From NCBI GenBank assembly GCA_902581005.1, contig CACHMT010000007.1, positions 3,201 through 67,200 of the forward strand: a stretch of DNA of 64,000 bases, written 5' to 3'. How positions within the stretch are numbered: position 1 is the stretch's first letter; each line of letters opens with the position of its first letter. The notes beneath the pieces were generated by a model. It saw nothing but the letters and a program-made list of their open reading frames with translations. It searched no databases and was not told where the DNA came from. Position numbers and translations under genes: made by a program. Positions 1 to 9,207 of the stretch are shown in pieces. Origin of the DNA: an uncultured Alphaproteobacteria bacterium (GTDB lineage Bacteria > Pseudomonadota > Alphaproteobacteria > Rhodobacterales > Rhodobacteraceae).

Positions 1-239
1 TTAAAGCGACTAAGGTTGATGGTATATATGATAAGGACCCAATTTTAAATCCTGAAGCAAAATATATTGAAAAAATTACTTACGATACTGCGTTACAGGA
101 GAATTTGAAAGTAATGGATGCTAGTGCAATAGCCCTTGCTAGAGACAACTGTATTCCTATCAATGTTTTTTCTTTGTTTGAAACTGATGATTTTTTGAGT
201 ATTGTTGAAGGTAAAGGACGGTTTTCATTGATAAATTGA
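1..239 (+). CDS. pyrH: UMP kinase, C-terminal fragment (5' end outside window)
   Basis: The frame is open from nt 3 to TGA at 237-239. It reads KATKVDGIYDKDPILNPEAKYIEKITYDTALQENLKVMDASAIALARDNCIPINVFSL..., a typical UMP kinase C-terminus. It lies directly upstream of frr, the canonical order. Confidence 0.85.
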   Translation, partial: KATKVDGIYDKDPILNPEAKYIEKITYDTALQENLKVMDASAIALARDNCIPINVFSLFETDDFLSIVEGKGRFSLIN

Positions 240-243
240 CTAA

Positions 244-804
244 ATGAATGAATTTAATTTAGACATTAGTGATATTGAAAAAAGAATGTCGGGAGCTATT
301 GCGTCCTTAAAGAACGACTTTCTTTCTCTCCGAACCGGTAGAGCTTCTTCTTCAATGCTTGACCCCGTCGTGGTAGAGGTATATGAGTCGAAGCTTCCAT
401 TAAATCAATGTGCTACAATAACTGTTCCTGAGTCAAGAGTGCTGTCAGTGAACGTTTGGGACGTCAACAATGTGAATATGGTCGAGAAAGCACTTATTAA
501 CTCGGGACTTGGGCTCACACCTCAGACTGAAGGAAACATTATTAGACTAATAATTCCTGAATTAAACGAGGAAAGAAGGAAGGAACTTGCTAAACTTGCT
601 GCAACGTACGCCGAGAATGCAAAAATAGCAATTAGAAATGTCAGGAAAGATGGTATGGATAAAATCAAAAGACTTCGTGCTGAAGGCATGTCTGAAGACG
701 AGGCTCAAATTTGGAGTGGCGATATTCAAGAGTTGACTGATAAAATGACTGTTTCAGTTGAGGAATTACAGAAAGAAAAACAATCAGAGATTGTAACGTT
801 TTGA
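244..804 (+). CDS. frr: ribosome recycling factor
   Basis: 186 aa, with typical RRF length and sequence (LRTGRASSSMLDPVVVEVYES..., IAIRNVRKDGMDKIKRL). Canonical pyrH-frr synteny. Confidence 0.95.
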   Translation: MNEFNLDISDIEKRMSGAIASLKNDFLSLRTGRASSSMLDPVVVEVYESKLPLNQCATITVPESRVLSVNVWDVNNVNMVEKALINSGLGLTPQTEGNIIRLIIPELNEERRKELAKLAATYAENAKIAIRNVRKDGMDKIKRLRAEGMSEDEAQIWSGDIQELTDKMTVSVEELQKEKQSEIVTF

Positions 805-834
805 AATATAAATTCATGGGCGTATACATCACAC

Positions 835-1617
835 GTGTGGTTTGTGTTTGAGGATCTGAAATTACGAACTCTATCTGCTTTGGTATTGTTACTACTTCTT
901 TTTTTATTAGCAGTAATTACCCCATTTTTTATCACACCCTTTTTGTATATTTTAAATGTATTATTTTTACGAGAGCTATTTAGGCTTTACAGTTTCAAAA
1001 AAGAGCCAAATATTTTCAATTTAATTCTAATAGCCATTTGTATTTTTCCTCTAATTTTTTCACAAAATTTTTTATCTATGACCTTCTTTTTGAATGGTTG
1101 TTTGTTTTTTTTAATCTTGTATTTATCTAAATCGATGGGCTTAAGCTTTTTTATAGTTTATGTGAACCTATCAATATCCTTTTTATTGAATTTACTTGTG
1201 TCATCAACAGAGATTGGTGGTGAAAGTTTTTTTGTCGTTTTAGTGCTAGTGGTCGCTTTAGCCGATATAGGAGGTTATGTTGGTGGCCATATTATTGGAG
1301 GTCCAAAAGTCTTTGAGAAAATTAGTCCTAACAAAACGTGGGCTGGAATATTTTTTGGATGGATAACAGTGATTACTTTTTATTATATACTGAAGGCATT
1401 TAATTTATTTGTTTCCGATTTCTTTATTTTTGTTTTTTTTGGTATTGCCTTGTCATCACAAGTAGGGGACTTTATAGAGAGCTACATTAAGAGAAATTTA
1501 GGTGTAAAGGATACTGGAAATATAATACCTGGACACGGTGGATTGCTAGATAGATTTGATGGACTTATATGTGCAAGTTTTTTTGTTAAAATTATTGATT
1601 TTTTTCTGACAACATGA
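835..1617 (+). CDS. cdsA: phosphatidate cytidylyltransferase
   Basis: Polytopic membrane protein ending in the CdsA signature SYIKRNLGVKDTGNIIPGHGGLLDRFDG. GTG start at 835 (or 844). 4-nt overlap with dxr. Confidence 0.85.
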   Translation: MWFVFEDLKLRTLSALVLLLLLFLLAVITPFFITPFLYILNVLFLRELFRLYSFKKEPNIFNLILIAICIFPLIFSQNFLSMTFFLNGCLFFLILYLSKSMGLSFFIVYVNLSISFLLNLLVSSTEIGGESFFVVLVLVVALADIGGYVGGHIIGGPKVFEKISPNKTWAGIFFGWITVITFYYILKAFNLFVSDFFIFVFFGIALSSQVGDFIESYIKRNLGVKDTGNIIPGHGGLLDRFDGLICASFFVKIIDFFLTT

Positions 1618-2777
1618 CCAAGCGAAAGATTAACATATTTGGTACTTCTGGATCAATAGGGCAAAGCACGTTGCAAGTTCTGCGTGAACATAAAGACTTA
1701 TATGATTTTATTGCTTTTTCTGCATTTAATAATGTTGATCAGCTAATAGCTGATTGCCTTGAATTTAAACCACAATACGCAAATATAGGTAATGAAAAAC
1801 ATTTTTTGAAGCTAAAAAATGCGCTTTTTGATACTGATATTATCTTGAGCTATGGGAAAAAATCCCTTTTAGATCTAGCCTGCATAGAAGTTGATTGGTC
1901 CATGTCAGCAATTATTGGCTTTGCTGGTGTAGAAGTTTCTCTCCGTTGTGCAGAAAGTTCGAGCGTTTTAGCCTTGGCAAACAAAGAAACGCTCGTTTGT
2001 GCAGGAAGTTTGTTGTTAGCTCTATGTAAAACAAATAACACGAAGCTAATACCAGTCGATAGTGAACATAGTGCCATATTCCAATGCTTAGAGGGAGAGC
2101 GCAGGAAAGATTTGAAAAGCATAACTCTAACCGCTAGTGGTGGTCCATTTAGAGATTGGAGCTTAAAAAAAATGCAGTCTGCAACAGTTGAGCAAGCGCT
2201 AAAACACCCGAACTGGAGTATGGGGACAAGAATAACCATTGATAGCGCATCAATGTTTAATAAAGCATTAGAATTAATTGAAGCAATGCATTTATTTGAA
2301 CTTAAGTTTTCTGATGTGGAGGTAATAATTCATCCTCAGTCAATAATTCATTCAATGGTAAATTTTAATGATGGAACAACATTGGCACAAATGTCCTTAC
2401 CTGATATGAAAGGCCCAATTAGTTACTCACTTAATTATCCAAAAAGATTAAAAATTGACCTAGAAAGCATTGATTTTACAAAAATAAAAACTCTTGAATT
2501 TCATAAGCCTGATATTGCAAAGTTTCCTGCTTTAGATATTGTAGCGAAAGTTGGGAAGAATTTAGATCTAGGTGTTATATTTAATGCAGCAAAGGAAGTA
2601 GCTTTGGACAGGTTTATATCAGGAGAAATAGGTTTTTTAGACATGGCTAACTTGGTAGAAAAAACTCTTGAAGAAAGTTCATTGATAAATAGAGTCATGG
2701 AAGCACCCCAAAATGTCTCAGATATCTTAGAATTAAATGAATTTACAAGGGAAATAGCAAAAAATTTAAAGTTTTAG
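1614..2777 (+). CDS. dxr: 1-deoxy-D-xylulose 5-phosphate reductoisomerase
   Basis: N-terminal NADPH motif IFGTSGSIGQSTL and conserved core LANKETLV, PVDSEHSAIFQC, LTASGGPFR, HPNWSMG. Confidence 0.95.
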   Translation: MTKRKINIFGTSGSIGQSTLQVLREHKDLYDFIAFSAFNNVDQLIADCLEFKPQYANIGNEKHFLKLKNALFDTDIILSYGKKSLLDLACIEVDWSMSAIIGFAGVEVSLRCAESSSVLALANKETLVCAGSLLLALCKTNNTKLIPVDSEHSAIFQCLEGERRKDLKSITLTASGGPFRDWSLKKMQSATVEQALKHPNWSMGTRITIDSASMFNKALELIEAMHLFELKFSDVEVIIHPQSIIHSMVNFNDGTTLAQMSLPDMKGPISYSLNYPKRLKIDLESIDFTKIKTLEFHKPDIAKFPALDIVAKVGKNLDLGVIFNAAKEVALDRFISGEIGFLDMANLVEKTLEESSLINRVMEAPQNVSDILELNEFTREIAKNLKF

Positions 2778-2831
2778 GAGCATGACATTTTTATTTTTCA
2801 GTTTTTATCAATAGTATTTGCATTTGGTATA

Positions 2832-4100
2832 GTGATTTTTGTACATGAGTTCGGGCACTTCATTGTTGCTCGTATTAATAAGATTGATGTTGCTGTTTTT
2901 AGTATTGGATTTGGCCCTAGGATATTATCTTTTAGAGACAAAAAGGGAACTGAATGGCAGTTTGCTATTATTCCTCTAGGAGGATTTGTAAGGTTTGCAG
3001 GTGACGATAATCTTGCTTCTATAAAAACGCAAGTTGATGCTAATTCAGATTTTTCCAATTCTGCGCAATTTAATGAAGCTCCACTTATTGGTAGATTTTC
3101 AACTGTATTAGCAGGACCATTAGCGAATTTTATTTTTTCTGTATTAGTTTTTTCGTTGATCTTACTTGTTCAGGGTGTTTCTGTCAGTGACCCAGTAATT
3201 GGTAAAATTAACGAGTTTTATGAAGCTAAATACGACATTAAAGTAAATGACAAAATTCTAGAAGTTGAAGGTAAAAAAGTTAATTCATTTTCAGATATTT
3301 TTTCTCATATAAATAGGTCTGATGCAGAGACATCAAAGTTCACAATAAGAAGAGGTGCTTCAGTAAGAGAAATTGAGATTCCATATCTCCTCCAGCCAAT
3401 AGTAGAAGCTATAGAACCACTCTCTGCTGCTTCGCTTGCAGGATTACAAATCGGTGATGTTTTTTTAACTGTTGAAGAAAAGAAACTCGCCAACTTTAAT
3501 GATTTGAGAGAATTAATTATAAATTCTGAAGGAAGATCGTTAAATGTTACTATTTTTCGTGATGGTCAAATTCTCGAGAAATCTATACAACCTGTGTTAA
3601 GCCCGATTGAGAACCAGAACGGTGACTTTGACTCAATCTACAGGATTGGTGTAGCTGGTGGCCCAATATTTTATCCTCCTAGGGAAACGCCTAACGTTTT
3701 GAATGCGTTAATTTTTGGTGTAGACGCAACGATTGGAGTAATTGAAGCATCTTTTAAGGGTATAAAAGGTATAGTTAGTGGTCAAGTTGATCCTAAACAT
3801 CTTTCTGGGCCTATAGGAATTGCGCATGCTGTTTCTGCCTCAGTTAATTCAGGACTTTTAGCTTTATTGTCTTTAGTGGCTATCATTTCAACTGGTATAG
3901 GATTTGTTAATTTACTGCCTATACCTATTTTAGATGGCGGCCATATAGTCATGATGATATATGAATATTTTTCACGAAGAAAACCTAGCGAAGAAGTTTT
4001 AAGATTTTCTATGATATTTGGTTTAGTTTTGTTACTATCTCTGCTAATGTTTACAACATTTAATGATATTTCAAGACTAGTGTTATTTTTTAAGTTTTAA
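2832..4100 (+). CDS. rseP: RIP zinc metalloprotease RseP (site-2 protease); the true start is probably upstream at about 2787
   Basis: HEFGH zinc motif, PDZ-like middle region and C-terminal NLLPIPILDGGH motif. The track ORF leaves only 4 aa before HEFGH. The frame is open back to 2778 and encodes a TM-like segment (see finding). Confidence 0.9.
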   Translation: MIFVHEFGHFIVARINKIDVAVFSIGFGPRILSFRDKKGTEWQFAIIPLGGFVRFAGDDNLASIKTQVDANSDFSNSAQFNEAPLIGRFSTVLAGPLANFIFSVLVFSLILLVQGVSVSDPVIGKINEFYEAKYDIKVNDKILEVEGKKVNSFSDIFSHINRSDAETSKFTIRRGASVREIEIPYLLQPIVEAIEPLSAASLAGLQIGDVFLTVEEKKLANFNDLRELIINSEGRSLNVTIFRDGQILEKSIQPVLSPIENQNGDFDSIYRIGVAGGPIFYPPRETPNVLNALIFGVDATIGVIEASFKGIKGIVSGQVDPKHLSGPIGIAHAVSASVNSGLLALLSLVAIISTGIGFVNLLPIPILDGGHIVMMIYEYFSRRKPSEEVLRFSMIFGLVLLLSLLMFTTFNDISRLVLFFKF

Positions 4101-4110
4101 GGAGCCATAC

Positions 4111-6402
4111 GTGAAACAATCTTTAATTAAGTTAATTCTTTTTTTCTTTTGTTTTTCAATATGTCTTTCAACCCCCTCGCATTCGCAGTTCAAGTTCTCT
4201 CAGATTAAAGTACAAGGAAATTCTAATACAGATGTTGAAACTATTAAATCTATATCAGGGTTAAAAAAAAATATATCTTTATCAGCAAGCGACCTAAATT
4301 TAGCTTTAAAAAATTTATATAACAGCAATCTTTTTGAAAGTGTTCAAGTCGTTCCTAAGGGCAAGACTATCTTAATTACAGTAAAAGAAAATAAGAGGAT
4401 ACGTCGTTTAGCTTTTGAAGGAAATAAGAAAATAGAGGATAAAGAGTTATTACCATTAATTAAATCTAAAGAAAGACAGCCCTTTAGCAAAGTACAGGTT
4501 GTTAAAGACAGCAGAATAATTTCAGACTTTTATCGATTTAAGTCTAGATATTCTGCGAGAGTAGAACCAAAAATAATTGAGAGAGACAAGGGATTTGTTG
4601 ACTTAGTTTTTGAAATAGATGAAGGAAGTATTTTACAGATATCTCAAATCGATTTTGTTGGTAATCGGTCCTTCTCGGACAGACAACTTAGAAACGTTAT
4701 TAAGTCCAGGAGAGCAGGGCTCTTTTCATCTTTTTTTACAAGTGATAATTATTCTGAAGATAGTCAAGGAGCAGATAAATACCTTCTAGAAAAATTTTAT
4801 AAAGACAATGGTTTTCCTGACGCAAAAGTTATAGCTTCGCTTGGCGGACTTAAAGATAGTGGTGAGACAGCTTTTTTAACCTATTCTATTTACGAAGGGC
4901 CTTTTTTTAGGTTTGGCAACTTATCAATTAAATCAATGGTCAAAGGTATTTCATCATCTTTATATGAAAGCTCAATTGTTGCTTCTAAAGGGGATAACTT
5001 TAATACTTCCGAAATACAGAAAACTTTAGACAATATAAAGAAAGTATCTGTTAAAAATGGATATCCATTTTTAATCGGAACAGTTGACCAATTTAGAAAC
5101 TCCAAAGAAAAAGAAATAGAAATCCTTTTTAAGGTTATAGAAGGCCCAAAGCTTTTTGTTGAGCAGATCGAGATTAGCGGTAATACCCACACCCGTGATA
5201 ATGTGATAAGGCGTGAATTTCAAGTTGAAGAAGGAGACGCCTTTGATCCATCCATGCTTAAAAGATCTGAAGAGAAATTGAAATCTCTAGGTTACTTCGA
5301 TGAGGTAAAGGTCAACGTACGACAAGGGTCAAGCTCTCAGAATGCGATTGTAGATATAGGTGTAAAGGAAGCTCCAACTGGTTCACTTTCATTGGGTCTA
5401 GGGTATTCCACCGATACAGATGTTTCTGCCCAGTTTGCATTTAGTGAATCAAATTTTAGGGGTGCTGGCCAAGGTATTCGGTTGAGCGTTTCTGGATCAA
5501 AAGATAATTCTTCTATTGGACTAGGTTTTAAAGAGCGGGGATTTCTTGGAAGAGACGTTCTTGTGTCAATGGACATTGATTATACGAACTCAAAGCCACG
5601 AGCCACTGGGTATACCGCAAATCTCCTAGCTTTAAAACCTTCAGTTGGATTCAACCTTTCATCAGACACAAGAGTTAGACTTAGTTATAAACTAGAAAAT
5701 ATAGATGTTACCTCAGTAGGGACATCTGAGGTTTTAAAACAAGATCTTGGTAAATCTACTAGATCCTTAATAGACTTGTCCTTAAGCCATGACAAACGAG
5801 ACTCTATCATTACACCAACCAAAGGGTATATGATTAAATTTGGTTCTGAAATAGCTGGCTTAGGTGGAGATGAGCAATTCGTAAAATCAGAAGCAAGTGG
5901 TAAGATATACCAAGGAATTTATGGAAATAACATCATCTTATCAACTGAATTAGAAGGTGGGATTTTGATGATGAATAAAGGTTATTCAAAAATAGTCGAT
6001 AGATTTGTTTTAGGTGGTCGTTCATTTCGAGGCTTTAAATATAATGGGATAGGGCCTAGAGAGTTATCTGGAGGGCGGTATACTATTCCGTTAGGAGGTG
6101 AAAAGTACGCGATGGCAAGATTTGCAGCTTCTTTTCCTCTTGGTTTGCCTAGAGAATTAGGTTTATATGGTAGTGTTTTTGCTGAAGCTGGAAGTCTATG
6201 GTATTTAAAAACGGATCCAAATGTTGCAGGACTTTCAGATAGGATCGTTTTAACAGATAGAGTCTTTAGAACTTCTATCGGCTTTGCCATGAATTGGGAG
6301 ACTCCAATTGGGCCACTTCAATTTAATTGGTCAAGGCCACAAAAATATTTAGATGCGGATAGCCTTGAATATTTTAGTCTGAACCTAGCCACAAGATTTT
6401 GA
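4111..6402 (+). CDS. bamA: outer membrane protein assembly factor BamA
   Basis: 763 aa with a signal peptide, POTRA-like repeats (FEGNKKIEDKEL, IDFVGNRSFSDRQL, IEISGNTHTRDNVIRREF) and a C-terminal beta-barrel ending in F. Canonical position after rseP. Confidence 0.93.
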   Translation: MKQSLIKLILFFFCFSICLSTPSHSQFKFSQIKVQGNSNTDVETIKSISGLKKNISLSASDLNLALKNLYNSNLFESVQVVPKGKTILITVKENKRIRRLAFEGNKKIEDKELLPLIKSKERQPFSKVQVVKDSRIISDFYRFKSRYSARVEPKIIERDKGFVDLVFEIDEGSILQISQIDFVGNRSFSDRQLRNVIKSRRAGLFSSFFTSDNYSEDSQGADKYLLEKFYKDNGFPDAKVIASLGGLKDSGETAFLTYSIYEGPFFRFGNLSIKSMVKGISSSLYESSIVASKGDNFNTSEIQKTLDNIKKVSVKNGYPFLIGTVDQFRNSKEKEIEILFKVIEGPKLFVEQIEISGNTHTRDNVIRREFQVEEGDAFDPSMLKRSEEKLKSLGYFDEVKVNVRQGSSSQNAIVDIGVKEAPTGSLSLGLGYSTDTDVSAQFAFSESNFRGAGQGIRLSVSGSKDNSSIGLGFKERGFLGRDVLVSMDIDYTNSKPRATGYTANLLALKPSVGFNLSSDTRVRLSYKLENIDVTSVGTSEVLKQDLGKSTRSLIDLSLSHDKRDSIITPTKGYMIKFGSEIAGLGGDEQFVKSEASGKIYQGIYGNNIILSTELEGGILMMNKGYSKIVDRFVLGGRSFRGFKYNGIGPRELSGGRYTIPLGGEKYAMARFAASFPLGLPRELGLYGSVFAEAGSLWYLKTDPNVAGLSDRIVLTDRVFRTSIGFAMNWETPIGPLQFNWSRPQKYLDADSLEYFSLNLATRF

Positions 6403-6977
6403 GCTTTTTTTATAGGAATATAGTGGGGATTCCAGTGTGTGCTGTTTTGCTCTTACTATTATTTAATCCCAATTACTCTCAAGAAAAAAATATTACCACT
6501 TCTGTGCTAGTTATAAATAGTATAAATGTTTTTGAAAAATCGAAACTAGGTAACGATATTTTAATCGCCTTTCAAGATGCTGCTCTTGAGTTAAAAAAAG
6601 AGGCTGATGTTAATGCTAGAAAATTTGAAGATGAAGAATTAGAATTAACCCAGAAAAGGGACGTCTTAGCAAAAAGGGACTTTAATGAATTGGCTGATGA
6701 CTTTGATAAAAGAGTTCAAAAGACAAGAAATTATTACGATTTGAAAGATAGTCAATTAAGAGACAGTCTAGAAAAATGGAAGAAAAATTTTATTGAGTTA
6801 TCAGGTAGAATTATCCAGCCGATAATGTTAAATTATAGATCTTTTATTGTTCTAGATTCATCTCAAATTGATCTATTTTTCGATAATAGAATAGATATAA
6901 CTGAACAGGTTATATTAGAACTAGATAAACTTTATAAGAGTGATCCAAAATACTTAGAAGTTATACTAGGTAAATAA
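6399..6977 (+). CDS. OmpH/Skp-family periplasmic chaperone
   Basis: 192 aa with a signal-like N-terminus and a charged coiled-coil body (KKEADVNARKFEDEELELTQKRD...). Canonical position immediately after bamA. TTG start overlaps the bamA stop. Confidence 0.7.
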   Translation: MSFFYRNIVGIPVCAVLLLLLFNPNYSQEKNITTSVLVINSINVFEKSKLGNDILIAFQDAALELKKEADVNARKFEDEELELTQKRDVLAKRDFNELADDFDKRVQKTRNYYDLKDSQLRDSLEKWKKNFIELSGRIIQPIMLNYRSFIVLDSSQIDLFFDNRIDITEQVILELDKLYKSDPKYLEVILGK

Positions 6978-6990
6978 TTAGGAGAATTTT

Positions 6991-7434
6991 ATGAATAAGG
7001 ATTGCTGTAATATTGATGAAATTAAAAGATTGATTCCCCATAGATATCCATTTTTACTGATAGATAAAGTAATAAATATAGTTAAAAATGAGTCAGCTAC
7101 CGGAATAAAGAATGTTACAGTAAATGAACCGTACTTCCAGGGACATTTCCCATCCTCCCCAGTACTTCCGGGTGTTTTGCAAATAGAATCTATGGCCCAA
7201 ACTGCAGCAGTTTTGGTAGCAAAAAGTCTAGACATTTCGGACTCTAGTGCTTTAGTGCTTTTGACTACAATAGATAAAGCAAAATTTAGAAGGCCAGTTA
7301 CCCCTGGTGATTCCATGTCACTTTCTGTTACCGTCCAAAAAATGAGAAATAAACTATGGAAATTCGAAGGTGAAGTAATTGTGAATTCCCAAAAAATGTC
7401 TGAGTGCGAGTTCTCTGCAATGATGAGATTTTAG
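6991..7434 (+). CDS. fabZ: 3-hydroxyacyl-ACP dehydratase FabZ
   Basis: IPHRYPFLLIDKV and EPYFQGHFPSSPVLPGVL hot-dog motifs. 147 aa. Confidence 0.95.
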   Translation: MNKDCCNIDEIKRLIPHRYPFLLIDKVINIVKNESATGIKNVTVNEPYFQGHFPSSPVLPGVLQIESMAQTAAVLVAKSLDISDSSALVLLTTIDKAKFRRPVTPGDSMSLSVTVQKMRNKLWKFEGEVIVNSQKMSECEFSAMMRF

Positions 7435-7520
7435 AATGGGTTCTCTTGAAGCCATTTTTAAACAATGGCAAATGGTTTTTATTTTTTTAATTTTGTCAGT
7501 AATAATTATGGCGGACTATA

Positions 7521-8330
7521 ATGGCTAAGACTTCCTCAATCATTCACCCAACAGCGATTGTTGAAGATGGCGCAAAAATAGGTAAAGCCTGTAAAATTGG
7601 ACCCTATTGTTGTATTGGATCAGCAGTTACTTTGGATGATAATGTTATTCTAGAAAGTCATGTAGCAATTTCTGGAAAAACATTTATCGGAAAGGGAACA
7701 AAAGTTTGGCCTTTTGCTTCTATAGGAAGCGATCCACAGGACCTTAAGTATTTTGGTGAAAAATCTGCACTTACAATTGGACAGAATAATCTCATTAGGG
7801 AATGTGTAAGTATTAGCATTGGTACTGCTGGAGGTGGGAGTAATACTATTATTGGAGACAATTGTCTTTTTATGTTGGGGAGTCATGTTGGTCATGACTG
7901 TAAGTTGGGTAGTAATATTGTGATTGCAAATAATTCTGCAATAGCTGGCCATGTGGTGATAGAAGATAATGTAAATATCGGTGGTTTGGTTGGAATTCAT
8001 CAATTTTGTAGGATAGGAGAGGGCTCGATGATAGGAGCGCATGCTATGGTTTCTAAAGATGTAATCCCTTTTTCAATGATTATAGGCATGAGACCTGTCT
8101 TATCAGGTATAAACTTGGTAGGCTTAAAAAGAAGAGGCTCTAAGAAGGAAAGCATAAAAAAGCTGGTTGAACTATTTTCAAGAATTTTTGACAGAAAAGG
8201 GAGTCAGAATTTTCAGGAGCGAATAAAAGCATTGGATAAAGATGTAATGACTGAGATCACGGAAGTTCAAAAAGTTCTTGAGTTTATAAAGCAAGAAAGC
8301 ACAAGATCATTTGTTGCTCCAAAAAGTTAA
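7521..8330 (+). CDS. lpxA: acyl-ACP--UDP-N-acetylglucosamine O-acyltransferase
   Basis: IHPTAIVEDGAKIG start, hexapeptide-repeat left-handed beta-helix body, typical LpxA length (269 aa). Position fabZ-lpxA. Confidence 0.93.
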   Translation: MAKTSSIIHPTAIVEDGAKIGKACKIGPYCCIGSAVTLDDNVILESHVAISGKTFIGKGTKVWPFASIGSDPQDLKYFGEKSALTIGQNNLIRECVSISIGTAGGGSNTIIGDNCLFMLGSHVGHDCKLGSNIVIANNSAIAGHVVIEDNVNIGGLVGIHQFCRIGEGSMIGAHAMVSKDVIPFSMIIGMRPVLSGINLVGLKRRGSKKESIKKLVELFSRIFDRKGSQNFQERIKALDKDVMTEITEVQKVLEFIKQESTRSFVAPKS

Positions 8331-8337
8331 CGATCAT

Positions 8338-9207
8338 ATGGTAATAAAAAAAAAAAAAATTGGATTAATTGTAGGAAGTGGCGAATTAGCTACTTACTGT
8401 ATGGAGCATTTAGTTCTTTTAGGTTATGAAACAACAATAGTACGTTTGCCATGTAGCAAAGTAAAAATAAAGAAAAATCTAGATCGTATTGATTTAAAGT
8501 ATGAAGAAATAAATGAGACATTTTCCCTTTTAAAGCAGAGACAGATAAATGACATAGCGTTAATAGGGTATATGGAAAGGCCTGAAATAGATTTTTCAAA
8601 AGTAAATTACGGTTCACAAATACTTTTATCGAACGTATTTTCAATTCTTAACAAAGGGGATGGAGAAATTTTTTCTGCTGTAAAGCAAATTTTTGTTGAT
8701 CAAGAATTTACACTAGTAAAAGTTCAAGATCTCTTACCTCAACTTACATTAGACTCAGGAATATACGGGTTTACTCCTATTGGTGAAAAAGTTCTTAAGG
8801 AAATAGAAGAAGGAGTAAAAATTTTTCTCAAGTACGCAAAACTTGATATTGGTCAATCCTTAATTTTCCAACATGGACATTGTTTAGGTCTGGAGACGAT
8901 TACTGGAACCGATGAAATGATAAGAGCAATAATTAATTTTAGAAAAAGAAATAATAAAAGGTCCAAAAAAATTATCTCTGGTGGAATATTAATAAAAGGA
9001 TCGAAGCCAGAACAAGTTCTGGATATCGATACCCCAGTCATTGGCCCTCGTACAATAAAATTAGCAAAAAATGCAAAATTAAATGGGTTAGTAATTGAGA
9101 GCAATAAGGTTATCTTAGTAAATAGGGATTTAATTATGGATACGTTACAGGAATATAATATGTTTCTTGCTTCGGGCAAATTTGTAGATAAAGACTTTAA
9201 ATGTTGA
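8338..9207 (+). CDS. lpxI: UDP-2,3-diacylglucosamine diphosphatase LpxI (DUF1009 family)
   Basis: Begins MVIKKKKIGLIVGSGELA (the LpxI-type GxIAGxGxLP N-terminus). Lies between lpxA and lpxB, as in alphaproteobacteria that use LpxI instead of LpxH. The track ORF starts at 8311; the ATG at 8338 fits better. Confidence 0.8.
   Translation: MVIKKKKIGLIVGSGELATYCMEHLVLLGYETTIVRLPCSKVKIKKNLDRIDLKYEEINETFSLLKQRQINDIALIGYMERPEIDFSKVNYGSQILLSNVFSILNKGDGEIFSAVKQIFVDQEFTLVKVQDLLPQLTLDSGIYGFTPIGEKVLKEIEEGVKIFLKYAKLDIGQSLIFQHGHCLGLETITGTDEMIRAIINFRKRNNKRSKKIISGGILIKGSKPEQVLDIDTPVIGPRTIKLAKNAKLNGLVIESNKVILVNRDLIMDTLQEYNMFLASGKFVDKDFKC
8346..8359 (+). repeat. A14 homopolymer inside codons 3-8 of lpxI
   Basis: Read directly: ATG GTA ATA AAA AAA AAA AAA ATT. 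There are 14 consecutive A from 8346 to 8359. Confidence 0.95.

Noticed and set aside
7447-7480. A weak hairpin GCCATT-tttaaac-AATGGC followed by T-rich sequence after fabZ, as a possible terminator.
   Set aside because: It has only a 6-bp AT-rich stem. lpxA follows co-directionally and is usually co-transcribed, so this is too weak to call.
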